Shown here one piece after another: positions 35,987 through 47,527 of a DNA stretch of 64,000 nt. How positions within the stretch are numbered: the first letter of the stretch is position 1; each line of letters begins with the position of its first letter. Source of the stretch: Macrostomum lignano (Eukaryota); assembly GCA_002269645.1 (NCBI GenBank), contig NIVC01001259.1:124001-188000 (forward strand), given 5' to 3'. The notes under the pieces are model-generated. The model did no database searches. It worked only from the letters and a program-made list of their open reading frames with translations, and was not told the origin of the DNA. The position numbers were made by a program, and so were the translations under genes.

Positions 35987-38900
35987 ATGGCATCTGGGCC
36001 ATCAGAGCGTGATGGAGGACGAAAGCTCTCGTAAGCATAGGATTTTTGGGATTGACTCATAGTTCATATTATTATAACTGGCGGGTTTCATTTTCACAAT
36101 AGATATTCATAACTTATATACACTCAGCAACAGTCAAACCCGCCACCCTTGGAAATTGGCAGAGCGATTGACTTCAGAAAAAAATACTGTAATGATGAAA
36201 GGTTTCTTACTTTCACTTTGGTATACTATGTATGTCTAAGCAAGGTGGCAGTTTTGAATGTTGCTAAATATACATTGACAAATGGTATTATCACTTTTAA
36301 GTATAAAGAAGCATTGATTTGAAATATACTATAAATCTATAGTAAATAATTTTCTTGAAAAAAAATTAAGTAAATAAATTAAGCTATTATAATAAAGTTA
36401 TTAATTAAGAAAATTTAATTAATAAAAGGTTTTTAATTAACTAAAGTATTTACTTTTAATTATTTGCCTGAATATTAAACTACTTAAAAACTCTCAATTT
36501 AGACTAAATAAAATATATGTATAATGATAGCTATATATAAGGTTAACATAGGTAATGATATAATTTTTTTGATAAAAATAGACTAAAATAAATTATATAA
36601 TTAAAATAGTCATTCTTTAATTCTAAGTCTTGATCTTAAATGACTTATAAGTAGGCCAATTCATATTGCCATTAAATCATACTAATAGTATACTAATAAG
36701 TCACTTACATGGAATGAAAGTTTATGTACTTATATAAGCTATAAGGCATATTATCATACCAATTTTGGCCTTGTTTGATAATAGTATAAGCAAGCCTTTA
36801 GACTAGGCTTAATTAAAACCTTTAATAAATCTTTGTTTCATCTAGGGCAGCTTGTTAAAGGACTTAAAATGGGACAGCTAGCTAAGGAACAAAAGAGAGG
36901 GTAACCTGCTAAGGGATTGAGGAGCTGCAATAGTCTTCTTAAATAAAGAAAATATGATATGTATCAAACTGTCATTCATTTCTTACATTTCTATAGGACA
37001 ACTGGTGAAAGCCTATATCAGGTACTGGGCCTGCAGAAGGATGCAACTCCGGAACAGATTAAAAAGGCCTATAGAAAGGTTTGCTATTAATTTATTTGTC
37101 AAATTTGCTTATGTATAGGTATGTGTATATAAGTATACAAATATATAATTAACCCTTGTCAATATTCCAGCTGGCATTGCAGTATCACCCAGACAAGAAT
37201 CCCGATCCAGCATCAGCTGATAGGGTATGCAGAATTTCATTATTTTTTTGATTTATTGGTGTTAGTAATTTTATTGGCCATTCCTTAGGTAGTAGCCAAT
37301 GTAAAGTGGCAGTCTGTCATCATACCCATATTGCATAGCTATTCTGCAAGGGCTGGTAGCGGCAGTCTGCTGATCTACTACTTTTCGAAATCTACTAATC
37401 TACCTACTCATCAGTAGATAACTGTCCAGTCGCCCTATTAACTTTACAGTTCAAAGAGATCAACCGAGCCAACCGGGTTCTCAGCGATGAGACAAAGAAG
37501 AGCATCTATGACAAGTACGGCTCCATGGGGCTGCACATCGCGTCACAGTTCGGGGAGGACAATGTCAACGCTTACTTTGTGCTGAGTCATCCCTGCTGCA
37601 AGGTAACTTTCGGGCTTTTCACCTGTTGCCTTGCTCAGAACCGAAATCGCAGTCAAAAATCCCAATCCCCATCGACCCCTCCCCCAATCTCCAGCCGGTG
37701 AATTCCCTCTCAGATTCCCTATTGAGAATCGGCCTCCCATTCTCCAGCCGGTGAATTCCCTCTCAGATTCCCCATTGAGAATCGGCATCCCCAATCTCCA
37801 GCCGGTGAATTCCCTCTCAGATTCCCCATTGAGAATCAGGCCTCCCCAATCTCCAACCGGTGAATTCCCTCTCAGATTCCCCATTGAGAATCAGGCCTCC
37901 CCAATCTCCAGCCGGTGAATTCCCTCTCAGATTCCCCATTGAGAATCGGCCTCCCCAATCTCCAGCCGGTGAAATTCTCATTTTGCAGCTGAAAGGAACG
38001 GTTAGAATTCATGCTAGTTAAAATTATAACTTCACTCTAAACTGTAACCCTTAATTCCCTTACCCATGCTTGAAAAGAGTCACTTGACTCAACTCACTGC
38101 TCACTGCAACGCAGCGGACAGTCGGGTAGTTCCCTTCGGTTGCTGTCCCGCCCGCCCCCGCGGCTACAGAGTTCCAATTTTGGAGCTGTTCTCACTCTTA
38201 TCCCAAGCCCACTCTTTCCCTCTGTTCTCCACTCGCGGTTAGAAACCAATCAATAACTATACCACATTCGCGCTTTGCATGCACACGAGAGCTTAGCAAC
38301 TCCCTAGTTTCAGTATTCACATTGGAATTCCAAATGCAATGCATTTCAAACTCCTTTTGGGCCAATTTTTTTCTGGCAAAATCGAAAAAAATATTCTATA
38401 ATTGCTTCTTTTTTAAACTCTTAGTCTAGTGCAGTGTTTCAGTTACAGTTATATTATCAACTAGATAGCGTTTTTGCTTTTGAATTATGCCAATATTTCG
38501 TAAAATGACTGTAGCAATATTATTAGAAACAGCTCTTGGGTGTGGCGGTGGCAGTGACAAGCTGACAAGTTCTATGCAATGGACGGATTAGTGTTTCAAA
38601 CAGTTCGCCTGCACCAATAATATCCGGATTTGCGAGCGCCACGTGTGTGTGGATTATGTTCACCTCAGGCTTAGTAAATTGCAATAACAGGATTCTATAT
38701 AAACAGTAAATATTTTTGTTCATCCCATTCCTACTGAAGCATTTTTTATTATTCAGTTCTTGTCTTTAACTGACTACTACTGGTCAGTAGTGCAAGTGAT
38801 TATTCTGTGCAGCAAAGTTATATTTAACTAATTCATTAAACCAATTCATTATAACCAAGGCCCTGTTTGTGCTCTGCTGCCTATTCACTGGTTGCTTCTT

Positions 38901-40579
38901 CTGCCTCTGCTGCTGTTGTTGCTGCAATTTCTGCTGCGGCAAATGCGCCCCGAGAGACGACGAACAGGAGTCCGAAGCTGATGCCTTCATGGTGAGAGCA
39001 AAGTTACTGATGATGGAGACTGTGGGCCGTGGTCACACAGTAAACAGTATCACACAGTAGACAGTGTCACAGAAGACAGTGTCACAGTAGACAGTGTCAC
39101 AGTAGACAGTGTGTCACAGTAGACAGTGTCACACAGTAGACAGTGTCACACAGTAGACAGTGTCACAGTAGACAGTAGACAGTGTCACACAGTAGACAGT
39201 ATCACACAGTAGACAGTGTCACACAGTAGACAGTGTCACAGTAGACAGTGTCACGCAGTAGACAGTACACAGTAGACAGTGTCACAGTAGACAGTGTCAC
39301 AGTAGACAGTGTCACAGTAGACAGTGTCACAGTAGACAGTGTCACATTAGACAGTGTCACACAGTAGACAGTGTCACAGTAGACAGTGTCACACAGTAGA
39401 CAGTGTTACAGTAGACAGTATCACACAGTAGACAGTGTCACACAGTAGACAGTGTTACAGTAGACAGTATCACACAGTAGACAGTGTTACACAGTAGACA
39501 GTGTTACAGTAGACAGTATCACACAGTAGACAGTGTCACACAGTAGACAGTGTTACAGTAGACAGTATCACACAGTAGACAGTGTCACACAGTAGACAGT
39601 GTTACAGTAGACAGTATCACACAGTAGACAGTGTCACACAGTAGACAGTATCACACAGTAGACAGTGTCACAGTAGACAGTGTCACAGTAGACAGTGTCA
39701 CACAGTAGACAGTGTCACAGTAGACAGTGTCACACAGTAGACAGTGTCACACAGTAGACAGTGTCACAGTAGACAGTGTCACACAGTAGACAGTGTCACA
39801 GTAGACAGTGTCACACTGTAGACAGTGTCACAGTAGACAGTGTCACACAGTAGACAGTGTTACAGTAGACAGTATCACACAGTAGACAGTGTCACACAGT
39901 AGACAGTGTTACAGTAGACAGTATCACACAGTAGACAGTGTTACACAGTAGACAGTGTTACAGTAGACAGTATCACACAGTAGACAGTGTCACACAGTAG
40001 ACAGTGTTACAGTAGACAGTATCACACAGTAGACAGTGTCACACAGTAGACAGTGTTACAGTAGACAGTATCACACAGTAGACAGTGTCACACAGTAGAC
40101 AGTATCACACAGTAGACAGTGTCACAGTAGACAGTGTCACAGTAGACAGTGTCACACAGTAGACAGTGTCACAGTAGACAGTGTCACACAGTAGACAGTG
40201 TCACACAGTAGACAGTGTCACAGTAGACAGTGTCACACAGTAGACAGTGTCACAGTAGACAGTGTCACACTGTAGACAGTGTCACAGTAGACAGTGTCAC
40301 ACAGTAGACAGTATCACACAGTAGACAGTGTCACACAGTAGATAGTGTCACACAGTAGACAGTGTCACACAGTAGATAGTGTCACAGTAGACAGTGTGTC
40401 AGTAGACAGTATTACACAGTGGGCCAATGTCACACAATACTCCCCAAACTCCAAATTCCCAGTCGGGAGACTCCAGTGCCAAGGACGGGCCCATCACATC
40501 GCAGCCGAAGTCGGCAACAGAGCAGACTTCGTTGAAACAGGAGCAGCCACCAGACTACAGTGCCAGCAATGGCAACTGA
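35987..40579 (+). CDS. DNAJC5: Cysteine string protein (DnaJ subfamily C member 5), 6 exons, 193 aa
   Basis: Exons 35987-36030, 36997-37078, 37171-37224, 37450-37602, 38860-38991, 40463-40579 (582 nt). [16 protein letters not shown]...[13 protein letters not shown]; [25 protein letters not shown]; cysteine string [18 protein letters not shown]; C-terminal [11 protein letters not shown]. Confidence 0.95.
37680..37972. repeat. ~54-bp minisatellite in DNAJC5 intron 4
   Basis: CCAGCCGGTGAATTCCCTCTCAGATTCCCCATTGAGAATC..., about 5.5 copies. Confidence 0.9.
39035..40420. repeat. 15/17-bp minisatellite (CAGTAGACAGTGTCA[CA]) filling DNAJC5 intron 5
   Basis: Direct reading; starts and ends about 45 nt from the splice sites. 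Confidence 0.96.
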
Positions 40580-40744
40580 GCGCAGTGCTAGGCCGGCCGG
40601 TTTCCATTTCAAATATGCTTTGACTCGTCTTCCATCCCAGTTGCGTAAATTGTCAAACTTGCGGTTAATTTATTTTTTTAACAAATTAATTTTTCGCGGC
40701 ACGAAATTTACACAATTTCCCAAACGGAACAGCTGCGGGTGGCC

Positions 40745-41208
40745 ATGATTTTTAAAGAAAATCAGTTACAGACTACTACTGAACTACCAATAGTAGCGAG
40801 CTATGATTTTAAAAGAAAATCAGTTACAGACTACTACTGAACTGCTAATAGTAGCGAGCTATGATTTTAAAAGAAAATCAGTTACAGACTACTACTGAAC
40901 TACCAATAGTAGCGAGCTATGATTTTAAAAGAAAATCAGTTACAGACTACTACTGAACTGCTAATAGTAGCGAGCTATGATTTTTAAAGAAAATCAGTTA
41001 CAGACTACTACTGAACTGCTAATAGTAGCGAGCTATGATTTTTAAAGAAAATCAGTTACAGACTACTACTGAACTGCTAATAGTAGCGAGCTATGATTTT
41101 TAAAGAAAATCAGTTACAGACTACTACTGAACTGCTAATAGTAGCGAGCTATGATTTTTAAAGAAAATCAGTTACAGACTACTACTGAACTGCTAATAGT
41201 AGCGAGCT
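40745..41208. repeat. 8 copies of a 58-bp unit in the probable DNAJC5 3' UTR, immediately followed by AATAAA
   Basis: ATGATTTTTAAAGAAAATCAGTTACAGACTACTACTGAACTGCTAATAGTAGCGAGCT; AATAAA at about 41209. Confidence 0.93.
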
Positions 41209-41995
41209 AATAAAAATCGTTCGGTTCCTATTCTTCCAATTTCTATTAATATGCATGTTTTTAATCCGACGCTGCCTCTACCCTTCCCCAGACACAATTT
41301 TGTGCCTCGCAAATTTAATTTAGATTTGTTCGAGAAAGTTAATAAATATATTCATATATACTTATCTATCCATACAGTACATATGTTTGTATATGCTATT
41401 TAAAAAAATGCGACAACAATTCTTATAATTATTTACAAGCTGATTGACAGGCCCGACTGCTTCCTATGATTTTTGTTTGCCTTCTTTTGGTTGTGGATAA
41501 AAATAGCCTTCCATCAATGCCTACCAGTCGTACATTCCAACTGTGTGCAACTGCTATTCCGTTTATTCCATTATTTTTTGCTATTGATTTTTTTCCAAAA
41601 TGTTGAGTAGACTCTTGCAAGGCTGCTGCCGCTGGTGTAGGACATTCGGTTTGAATCAGAGAGTTATTAGGGTTTTCTGGGCAAAGTTGTATTACTTTTT
41701 TGTTGGATCTGAAGAGATTCAACACCTGATCTTCTCTGTGCTTCCCATCTGGTTGAGGGCTTCTAATGCTCTTATTCTGTCTTGTGTCTATTTTTTGTTT
41801 TTAGCCGTATGCTTCTGCTTATATAGAAAAGGTCTAATATAAATATATAACATCAGTTGTAAGCTGGAATAACAGAATTACTCCGGCTTTTAGAGTGCTG
41901 CAGTTTTTTGCCCGAGTGTCTTAAATTAATAGATTGCTGTGTATTGCTCCATTGTTGGTTTTTGCTGTGGCCTCTTTCTGCTTTTATCTAACACT

Positions 41996-42600
41996 AGGAG
42001 ATGTTGATCTAGCACACCTGGGGATGCTGATCTAGCACACCTGGGGATGCTGATCTAGCACGCCTGGGGATGCTGATCTAGCACACCTGGGGATGCTGAT
42101 CTAGCACACCTGGGGATGCTGATCTAGCACACCTGGGGATGCTGATCTAGCACACCTGGGGATGCTGATCTAGCACACCTGGGGATGCTGATCCAGCACA
42201 CCTGGGGATGCTGATCTAGCACGCCTGGGGATGCTAATCTAGCACGCCTGGGGATGCTGATCTAGCACGCCTGGGGATGCTAATCTAGCACGCCTGGGGA
42301 TGCTGATCCAGCACACCTGGGGATGCTGATCTAGCACGCCTGGGGATGCTAATCTAGCACGCCTGGGGATGCTGATCTAGCACACCTGGGGATGCTGATC
42401 TAGCACACCTGGGGATGCTAATCTAGCACGCCTGGGGATGCTGATCTAGCACACCTGGGGATGCTAATCTAGCACGCCTGGGGATGCTAATCTAGCACAC
42501 CTGGGGATGCTAATCTAGCACACCTGGGGGTGCTGATCTAGCACGCCTGGGGATGCTGATCTACATGTAAACACCTAGAGATGTACTGATCTGGCACACC
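41996..42600. repeat. 23-bp minisatellite (GATGCTGATCTAGCACACCTGGG)n
   Basis: Direct reading, about 25 copies. Confidence 0.94.
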
Positions 42601-42914
42601 CGGAGTCTGGAGATGTCCATCACTATACTAAAATGGTTTTTCTTTATCAATCTCTATCTACAATAGGTAATCTCTGTGATAGATTTTAGAAAAAACGGCT
42701 TGACAACCGATTATTATGAAACTGCACTGTTCGGTCAAAAAATTTCCGGTGTCGGTACGTGTCGTGGCTAAGTAATTTCTCTATGCTAAAAAGATTAAAT
42801 ATTCGAAAAATATGCTTCTTTGCAAAGGTCAAGCAGAATTAGAATGCAAAAGAAAAACGTCATAACTGCTTGTGGTAGTTTAGCTGGTCTAATAAGTAGA
42901 AAAAAAGGTAATAG

Positions 42915-43370
42915 AAACATAGCCCAACGCGTTTCGCCTATCATTGACGTCGTCAGGGCCAATTCAATCCAAGTGATTTAAGAACAACCTGTACAGTCCA
43001 AAAACGGGTCCGGTAGAGTTTCAAAACGAGCATAAGTACAGAACGGAGGGAGAGAGAGAATAGACACGGCACTGCTCACAGTACTCTGAGCTCACGCTCC
43101 ACCCCATTGCCAGCTAGCTGCACATTCAAGTTGGGTTTGTGCATTCTGATACACGAAGCTTCAATAATCTGAGGCTTATGGCCAAATCTGCACCCATCTA
43201 ACACTTTGAATACTGCTTCCTGTGACTTTTGCTCTAACCGACTTGATGTGTGTTAAATTATAAATACTACGGTTTCTTATCTTAGATGTGAAGACTTGGT
43301 TCAACTTTTGAAGGTGTCAAACATAAGAGATTTCATTAGGGAATTTATAAGATATCAAGGCTCGAGGAAA
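42915..43370 (-). mobile_element. Decayed Penelope-like element 3' fragment: GIY-YIG endonuclease C-terminus plus a downstream minimal hammerhead-like motif
   Basis: Minus frame 43252-43076 reads ...FKVLDGCRFGHKPQIIEASCIRMHKPNLNVQ...*, matching the F.IL...lEa..I...kP.LN.q end of PLE endonucleases; upstream SYKF...YV* remnant (43352-43317); CTGACGA...CGAAACGCGTT motif at 42961-42920. Confidence 0.62.
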
Positions 43371-43409
43371 TTGCTATAATTTGCTGTGAGTCTTGGGGAG
43401 AACTGCTGA

Positions 43410-43652
43410 TTTCAAGGCTGACGGAGGAATTGCTGAGATGTCGAGGCTGACAGGGGAATTGCTGAGATGTCGAGGCTGACAGGGGAATTGCTGAGATGTC
43501 GAGGCTGACAGGGGAATTGCTGAGATGTCGAGGCTGACGGGGGAATTGCTGAGATGTCGAGGCTGACGGGGGAATTGCTGAGATGTCGAGGCTAACGGGG
43601 GAATTGCTGAGATGTCGAGGCTGACGGGGGAATTGCTGAGATGTCGAGGCTG
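43410..43652. repeat. 29-bp minisatellite (GGAATTGCTGAGATGTCGAGGCTGACAGG)
   Basis: About 8 copies. Confidence 0.92.
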
Positions 43653-44356
43653 AGAGGCATGAAGCTACATGTAATTCAAAAAAATTATTCCATTCTTCGT
43701 TGTTTCGCAACTGGGGCCGCCGATTGCTAGTACTGATCTATACAAAACAGCTAAAAGATGCTGATAGTCCAATGCACCTATGTTTCATAAGAGCTATATA
43801 TAAACACAAATTTACATTCAATAGAAGATCCAGTACACAGAACAATGAGCACTGCAAATGGAACCTTATCAAAACTTAATCACCGTAAGAATTGCAGTTG
43901 TCCCTGTATTTGCGCATGTACAAGTCTTGTATTCATCAACTGGGCATGCAAGTGTTGGACACGCGATTTTATAAACCGAAAATAGAACTTCTAATGAATA
44001 ATAAAAAAACAACTTCTGACAGCGGCTGTTACTGGGTTACATAGCGATTTGTTAACATTCATGAATCAGATGACAAGCAAATGGCGTTTTTGACATCGTC
44101 AGGAAAAGAGAAAAATACTTGGTTTCTGTCTTGTCTTAGGGAAGCGGTTTGCGTTGGACAATCAAGGTACAATATTGGCTCGGGAAGGGTTTGTTTGGAG
44201 TTGGTTGTTTGGCTCTGCTACTCAATTTCCCCCTTTCGATATTGATTCCAACGTATTTTCCATCAAATTTCTGCAAAATAGCAATGCTTGCATGTGCTGT
44301 ACAACTCGAATTAAAAGTACATTTCAAAGTGCAGTACAATGTCTAGGACAAAGAAA

Positions 44357-45425
44357 TTATTCACGTCTGCCTAGCGACGACGCCAGCTGCCCAACAATGA
44401 ACGATTTGCGCCGTCGGGTTCTGCCGCCAGCAGCAGGCGCCGCCGCCGCTCCGGCAGCTGACCTCGGCAGCGCCAAGCTGGAGTGCCGGCCACTGGCTGC
44501 AGTCGGCTGGCCGGCGGTGGCCCAGCTGACCGCGTCTGAAAATGTGCGAATATACAAAAGACTTAAGTTAGTCTCTACGAGAATGGGTTGAAAATCAAAA
44601 TATTTATTTTTCACTACCATATAAAACGAAAGTTCTTTTTGAATCCTTAACTATTCCTGTCCTAATTGGCAGGTATTAATTTAAGCCCTCTACCCCTATC
44701 TACTGCGTACATTTTATTAAGCCACGGCCCCAAAAAATTTCTATCCCTTCCTTCGCGCTGATTGGCTGGTTCTTATTGAACCTCTGCCCTATTTTGTGTA
44801 CTACACTTCTGTCTCGCTACGCCCCCCATAAAATATTTCTGCCCTCAATTGAATCGCGCTGATTGGCTGGTTTTTATTATTGGCTGTATAAGTACTTTAT
44901 CTCTAGCACTCCCCGTTAAATTTTCTGGCCCATTGCTAAGAGCCGATTGGCTGGCTCTAAATTGACTATTCGGCCCCTGTGCTCTAGATATGAAATGTTT
45001 ATCAACTGGCATGTGCGGTTCATACTCCTATAAGTAAAAATGCGTACATTGTATACAAATAACGCAACATAAAACAATACTATCGATACACAATTGTTTT
45101 ACAAGTAAACACAATAACACATGGATCGGGCCGAACCTTGCACAACGAATCTGGCACGAATGTACATGCAAGTTTCGAATTGAAAAATTATGCACGTTAT
45201 GCACGCGCCTCGCTACTCGCGACGCAGCTATAGTTAGTAGTATACAGTTAGAAATCGGACTGTCATGCAGCTGATAGATTCTGCACACGATTTTATAGCA
45301 GCAGACCGAATATTTCTGCACCGATGACGGAAGCTCGGATGCAAATTTAATTTACCAACACTTTGCTGGCCCGCGTGCAGGGCCGCTGCTTGTGGGTAGC
45401 AGCAGCAGCCCAGTGGCTGCCAGCT
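44357..45425 (-). CDS. Two putative orphan exons (45425-45356 and 44535-44357), possibly an alternative Kv3 C-terminus
   Basis: GC-rich coding-like islands with TTGCAG and TTTTCAG acceptors and a GTAAAT donor; phases 0-1 and 1-stop fit the phase-0 donor at 49205. No family motif. Confidence 0.3.
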
Positions 45426-45969
45426 CTGCAAGCGACGCGACAAAATGTTTGCTGTTCTGTAATTTTATCTAAACAAGATTAATACGAGTTTCTACCGCTG
45501 TCTCGGGCGAATCCAGCGACTGCTTCTGTGCTCAGTTAATAAACACTTCTGCAGCTGCACAGCCGGCTAAACTGCGTGTTTAGCGGCAGCTCTATTGAAT
45601 GTTATTTTCGAATTCCGCTGTTTATTCCGCGGAAGCAGAGTGCAGGTGCGCAGAAGCCAGTTATAGCTAAAAAAGCTCAGATTCCTTGCTTTTAGGCGCA
45701 CACTCGAGTTCTGTTGCAGCGTGTCTGCTTCCGCAGACATAACTGCTGGAAAAATGCTTTTTTAGGTTAGCGGAATTGAAAATTGAAATTTAGCATGCCT
45801 TTGGCTCCATAGATTGTTCTCACACGGGATGCATCCTTGAGGCGCAATTACACATGAATGAGTCCCTAGGATAAATATGATAATCGGCAAATTAAAAGGA
45901 AATGAGAAGAAATTAAAAACAACTTAGTAGGTAACGAAATCCTTGCGGCAAAGTGCACAATTCTCTCAC

Positions 45970-47430
45970 ATCCCAGATCCCAGATCCTAGATCCCAGATC
46001 CTAGATCCCAGATCCTAGATCCCAGATCCTAGATCCCAGATCCTAGATCCCAGATCCTAGATCCCAGATCCTAGATCCCAGATCCTAGATCCCAGATCCT
46101 AGATCCCAGATCCTAGATCCCAGATCCTAGATCCCAGATCCTAGATCCCAGATCCTAGATCCCAGATCCTAGATCCCAGATCCTAGATCCCAGATCCTAG
46201 ATCCCAGATCCTAGATCCCAGATCCTAGATCCCAGATCCTAGATCCCAGATCCTAGATCCCAGATCCTAGATCCCAGATCCTAGATCCCAGATCCTAGAT
46301 CCCAGATTCTAGATTCCAGATCCTAGATCCCAGATCCTAGATCCCAGATCCTAGATCCCAGATCCTAGATCCCAGATCCTAGATCCCAGATCCTAGATCC
46401 CAGATCCTAGATCCCAGATCCTAGATCCCAGATCCTAGATCCCAGATCCTAGATCCCAGATCCTAGATCCCAGATCCTAGATCCCAGATCCTAGATCCCA
46501 GATCCTAGATCCCAGATCCTAGATCCCAGATCCTAGATCCCAGATCCTAGATCCCAGATCCTAGATCCCAGATCCTAGATCCCAGATCCTAGATCCCAGA
46601 TCCTAGATCCCAGATCCTAGATCCCAGATCCTAGATCCCAGGTCCTAGATCCCAGATCCTAGATCCCAGATCCTAGATCCCAGATCCTAGATCCCAGATC
46701 CTAGATCCCAGATCCTAGATCCCAGATCCTAGATCCCAGATCCTAGATCCCAGATCCTAGATCCCAGATCCTAGATCCCAGATCCTAGATCCCAGATCCT
46801 AGATCCCAGATCCTAGATCCCAGATCCTAGATCCCAGATCCTAGATCCCAGATCCTAGATCCCAGATCCTAGATCCCAGATCCTAGATCCCAGATCCTAG
46901 ATCCCAGATCCTAGATCCCAGATCCTAGATCCCAGATCCTAGATCCCAGATCCTAGATCCCAGATCCTAGATCCCAGATCCTAGATCCCAGATCCTAGAT
47001 CCCAGATCCTAGATCCCAGATCCTAGATCCCAGATCCTAGATCCCAGATCCTAGATCCCAGATCCTAGATCCCAGATCCTAGATCCTAGATCATAGATCC
47101 TAGATCATAGATCCCAGATCCTAGATCCCAGATTCTAGATCCCAGATCCTAGATCCCAGATCCTAGATCCCAGATTCTAGATTCCAGATCCTAGATCCCA
47201 GATCCTAGATCCCAGATTCTAGATTCCAGATCCTAGATCCCAGATCCTAGATCCCAGATCCTAGATCCCAGATCCTAGTTCCCAGATCCTAGATCCCAGA
47301 TCCTAGATCCCAGATCCCAGATCCTAGATCCCAGATCCTAGATCCTAGATCCCAGATCCTAGATCCCAGATCCTAGATCCCAGATCCTAGATCCCAGATC
47401 CTAGATCCCAGATCCTAGATCCCAGATCCC
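45970..47430. repeat. Very homogeneous 14-bp satellite (GATCCCAGATCCTA)n, about 104 copies
   Basis: Two 7-bp subunits, GATCCCA and GATCCTA. Confidence 0.97.
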
Positions 47431-47527
47431 ACGGGAGATAGCAAGCATTGCAGTGCTCAATACTGTGAGGCAGTGCGCGGCCAGTGTGGTGAGACCTGAG
47501 CTCACCCAACACCATCTCGCGCCAGCA

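Noticed and set aside
40745-41208. Regularly spaced repeats suggesting a CRISPR array (also 37680-37972, 50488-51060, 60900-62075)
   Set aside because: Units are head-to-tail with no unique spacers, there are no cas genes, and the context is eukaryotic.
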